Below, in pieces: positions 62,851 to 64,000 of a stretch of DNA of 64,000 nucleotides. The notes under the pieces are model-generated. The model worked only from the letters and a program-made list of their open reading frames with translations. It was not told the origin of the DNA and searched no databases. Source of the stretch: Eledone cirrhosa. Taxonomy: Eukaryota. Positions within the stretch are counted from its first letter, which is position 1; the number at the start of each line of letters is the position of its first letter. The translations under genes and the position numbers were made by a program. Where the stretch lies: the NCBI GenBank assembly GCA_964016885.1, contig OZ024741.1, forward strand, positions 270,568,001-270,632,000, written 5' to 3'.

Positions 62851-63074
62851 ATATTTAATATTATCAAAATATTAACAAAAATAGACATTCGTGTGATCAA
62901 ATATATTTTATTATACATATTTCAGAGGTACTGAGCTATCTTCAACAGTACGTCCTCATCAGATAAAATAAAATGATGCATGACATACCCTGACAGAAAA
63001 CCATCACTGTTGAGTGCTTCCAATCTATTGTAAAACTCATTCTTTGATTTATTCATTGAACATTGTTTAACCTT

Positions 63075-63116
<42 letters not shown>

Positions 63117-63256
63117 TAGATATATATGTGTATAATAATATTTATGATAATAAAGAATAGGGTTATTCTACTCGGTGTATTTTAACTCAATACTTTGGTA
63201 GGATCAAGCAGAGCCAATATATAAGTTATATATATATATGTACATATATATATGTT

Positions 63257-63287
<31 letters not shown>

Positions 63288-63401
63288 CTGCGTGTGTGTG
63301 CATGTCTGTATATATATATATATATATATTTATATATACACACACATATATATATAAATATACACACATATTTACATATATAATGCATATACTTATTTGT
63401 T

Positions 63402-63479
<78 letters not shown>

Positions 63480-63837
63480 GTATGTATATATATATACAAG
63501 GGCGGTGCCGCATGGCTGGAACAGGTAAAATACTAAAGAGTATACACATATATATAAAAAAAATGTATCACCCTATATGGCTGAATACAATAAATGTAAT
63601 CTGAGTTTTTCGAATATTAATAATAATATTCGATTCGTTTGCAATTATGCAAACAAGCCTCATTTTTAAAGCCACGTTAGTAGAATGAGCCTCTCATTTT
63701 TGCTCTTATGTTGGCATGTGAACAGAACCGCAGAGACTAATGTTTCTGGGTATCACCCTTCATCAGTACAACTCAGTGTTCACCTGCCAAACTGTCAGAG
63801 CTAGTGAAAATATATGCTCTTTTCAAAAATACACAGT

Positions 63838-63932
63838 GACTGATTGGCCTGATTTGCATATTAGCAGACTGGCTGATCAGTCAGATCTGCATATTAGCAG
63901 ATCCACTGATCAATCAAATTTGCATATCAGCT
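63838..63932. repeat. Three ~33-bp tandem units containing ATTTGCAT-like octamers
   Basis: ATTTGCAT at 63852, ATCTGCAT at 63885 and ATTTGCAT at 63918, each followed by AT(T/C)AGC. Confidence 0.7.
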
Positions 63933-64000
63933 GGGATAATTTCTGGCCTTGTGCCAAAAGTAGAAACAATTATTATTCCTTCATTTGTATAGTGACGATC

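Overview
Eukaryotic, very AT-rich, gene-free repetitive DNA, probably from an octopus or other coleoid cephalopod (inferred from recalled SINE/LINE 3'-tail motifs, not verified). Well over half the window is interrupted (TA)n microsatellite arrays of up to ~5 kb. Between them lie many mobile elements: four near-identical + strand copies of a young CR1-clade LINE, each embedded in TA arrays with a (TTCAAAGTTA)2 tail where the end is visible (one copy has an intact 1006-aa EN+RT ORF); several RTE-clade LINE families of different ages; an RTE/Tx1 chimera; a LINE with a twin-priming-type 5' inversion; a non-autonomous Helitron with an internal 93-bp minisatellite; a tRNA-derived SINE; small MITEs; and several palindromic elements carrying hammerhead-ribozyme-like motifs, resembling Penelope-like pLTR relics. 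No host protein-coding exon is recognisable, and the long Tyr/Ile-rich ORFs are microsatellite artefacts. There is a 200-N gap at 51170-51369. The most notable signals are the apparently (TA)n-targeting CR1 family, a strand polarity shared by the TA arrays over ~48 kb, and the hammerhead-bearing foldbacks.
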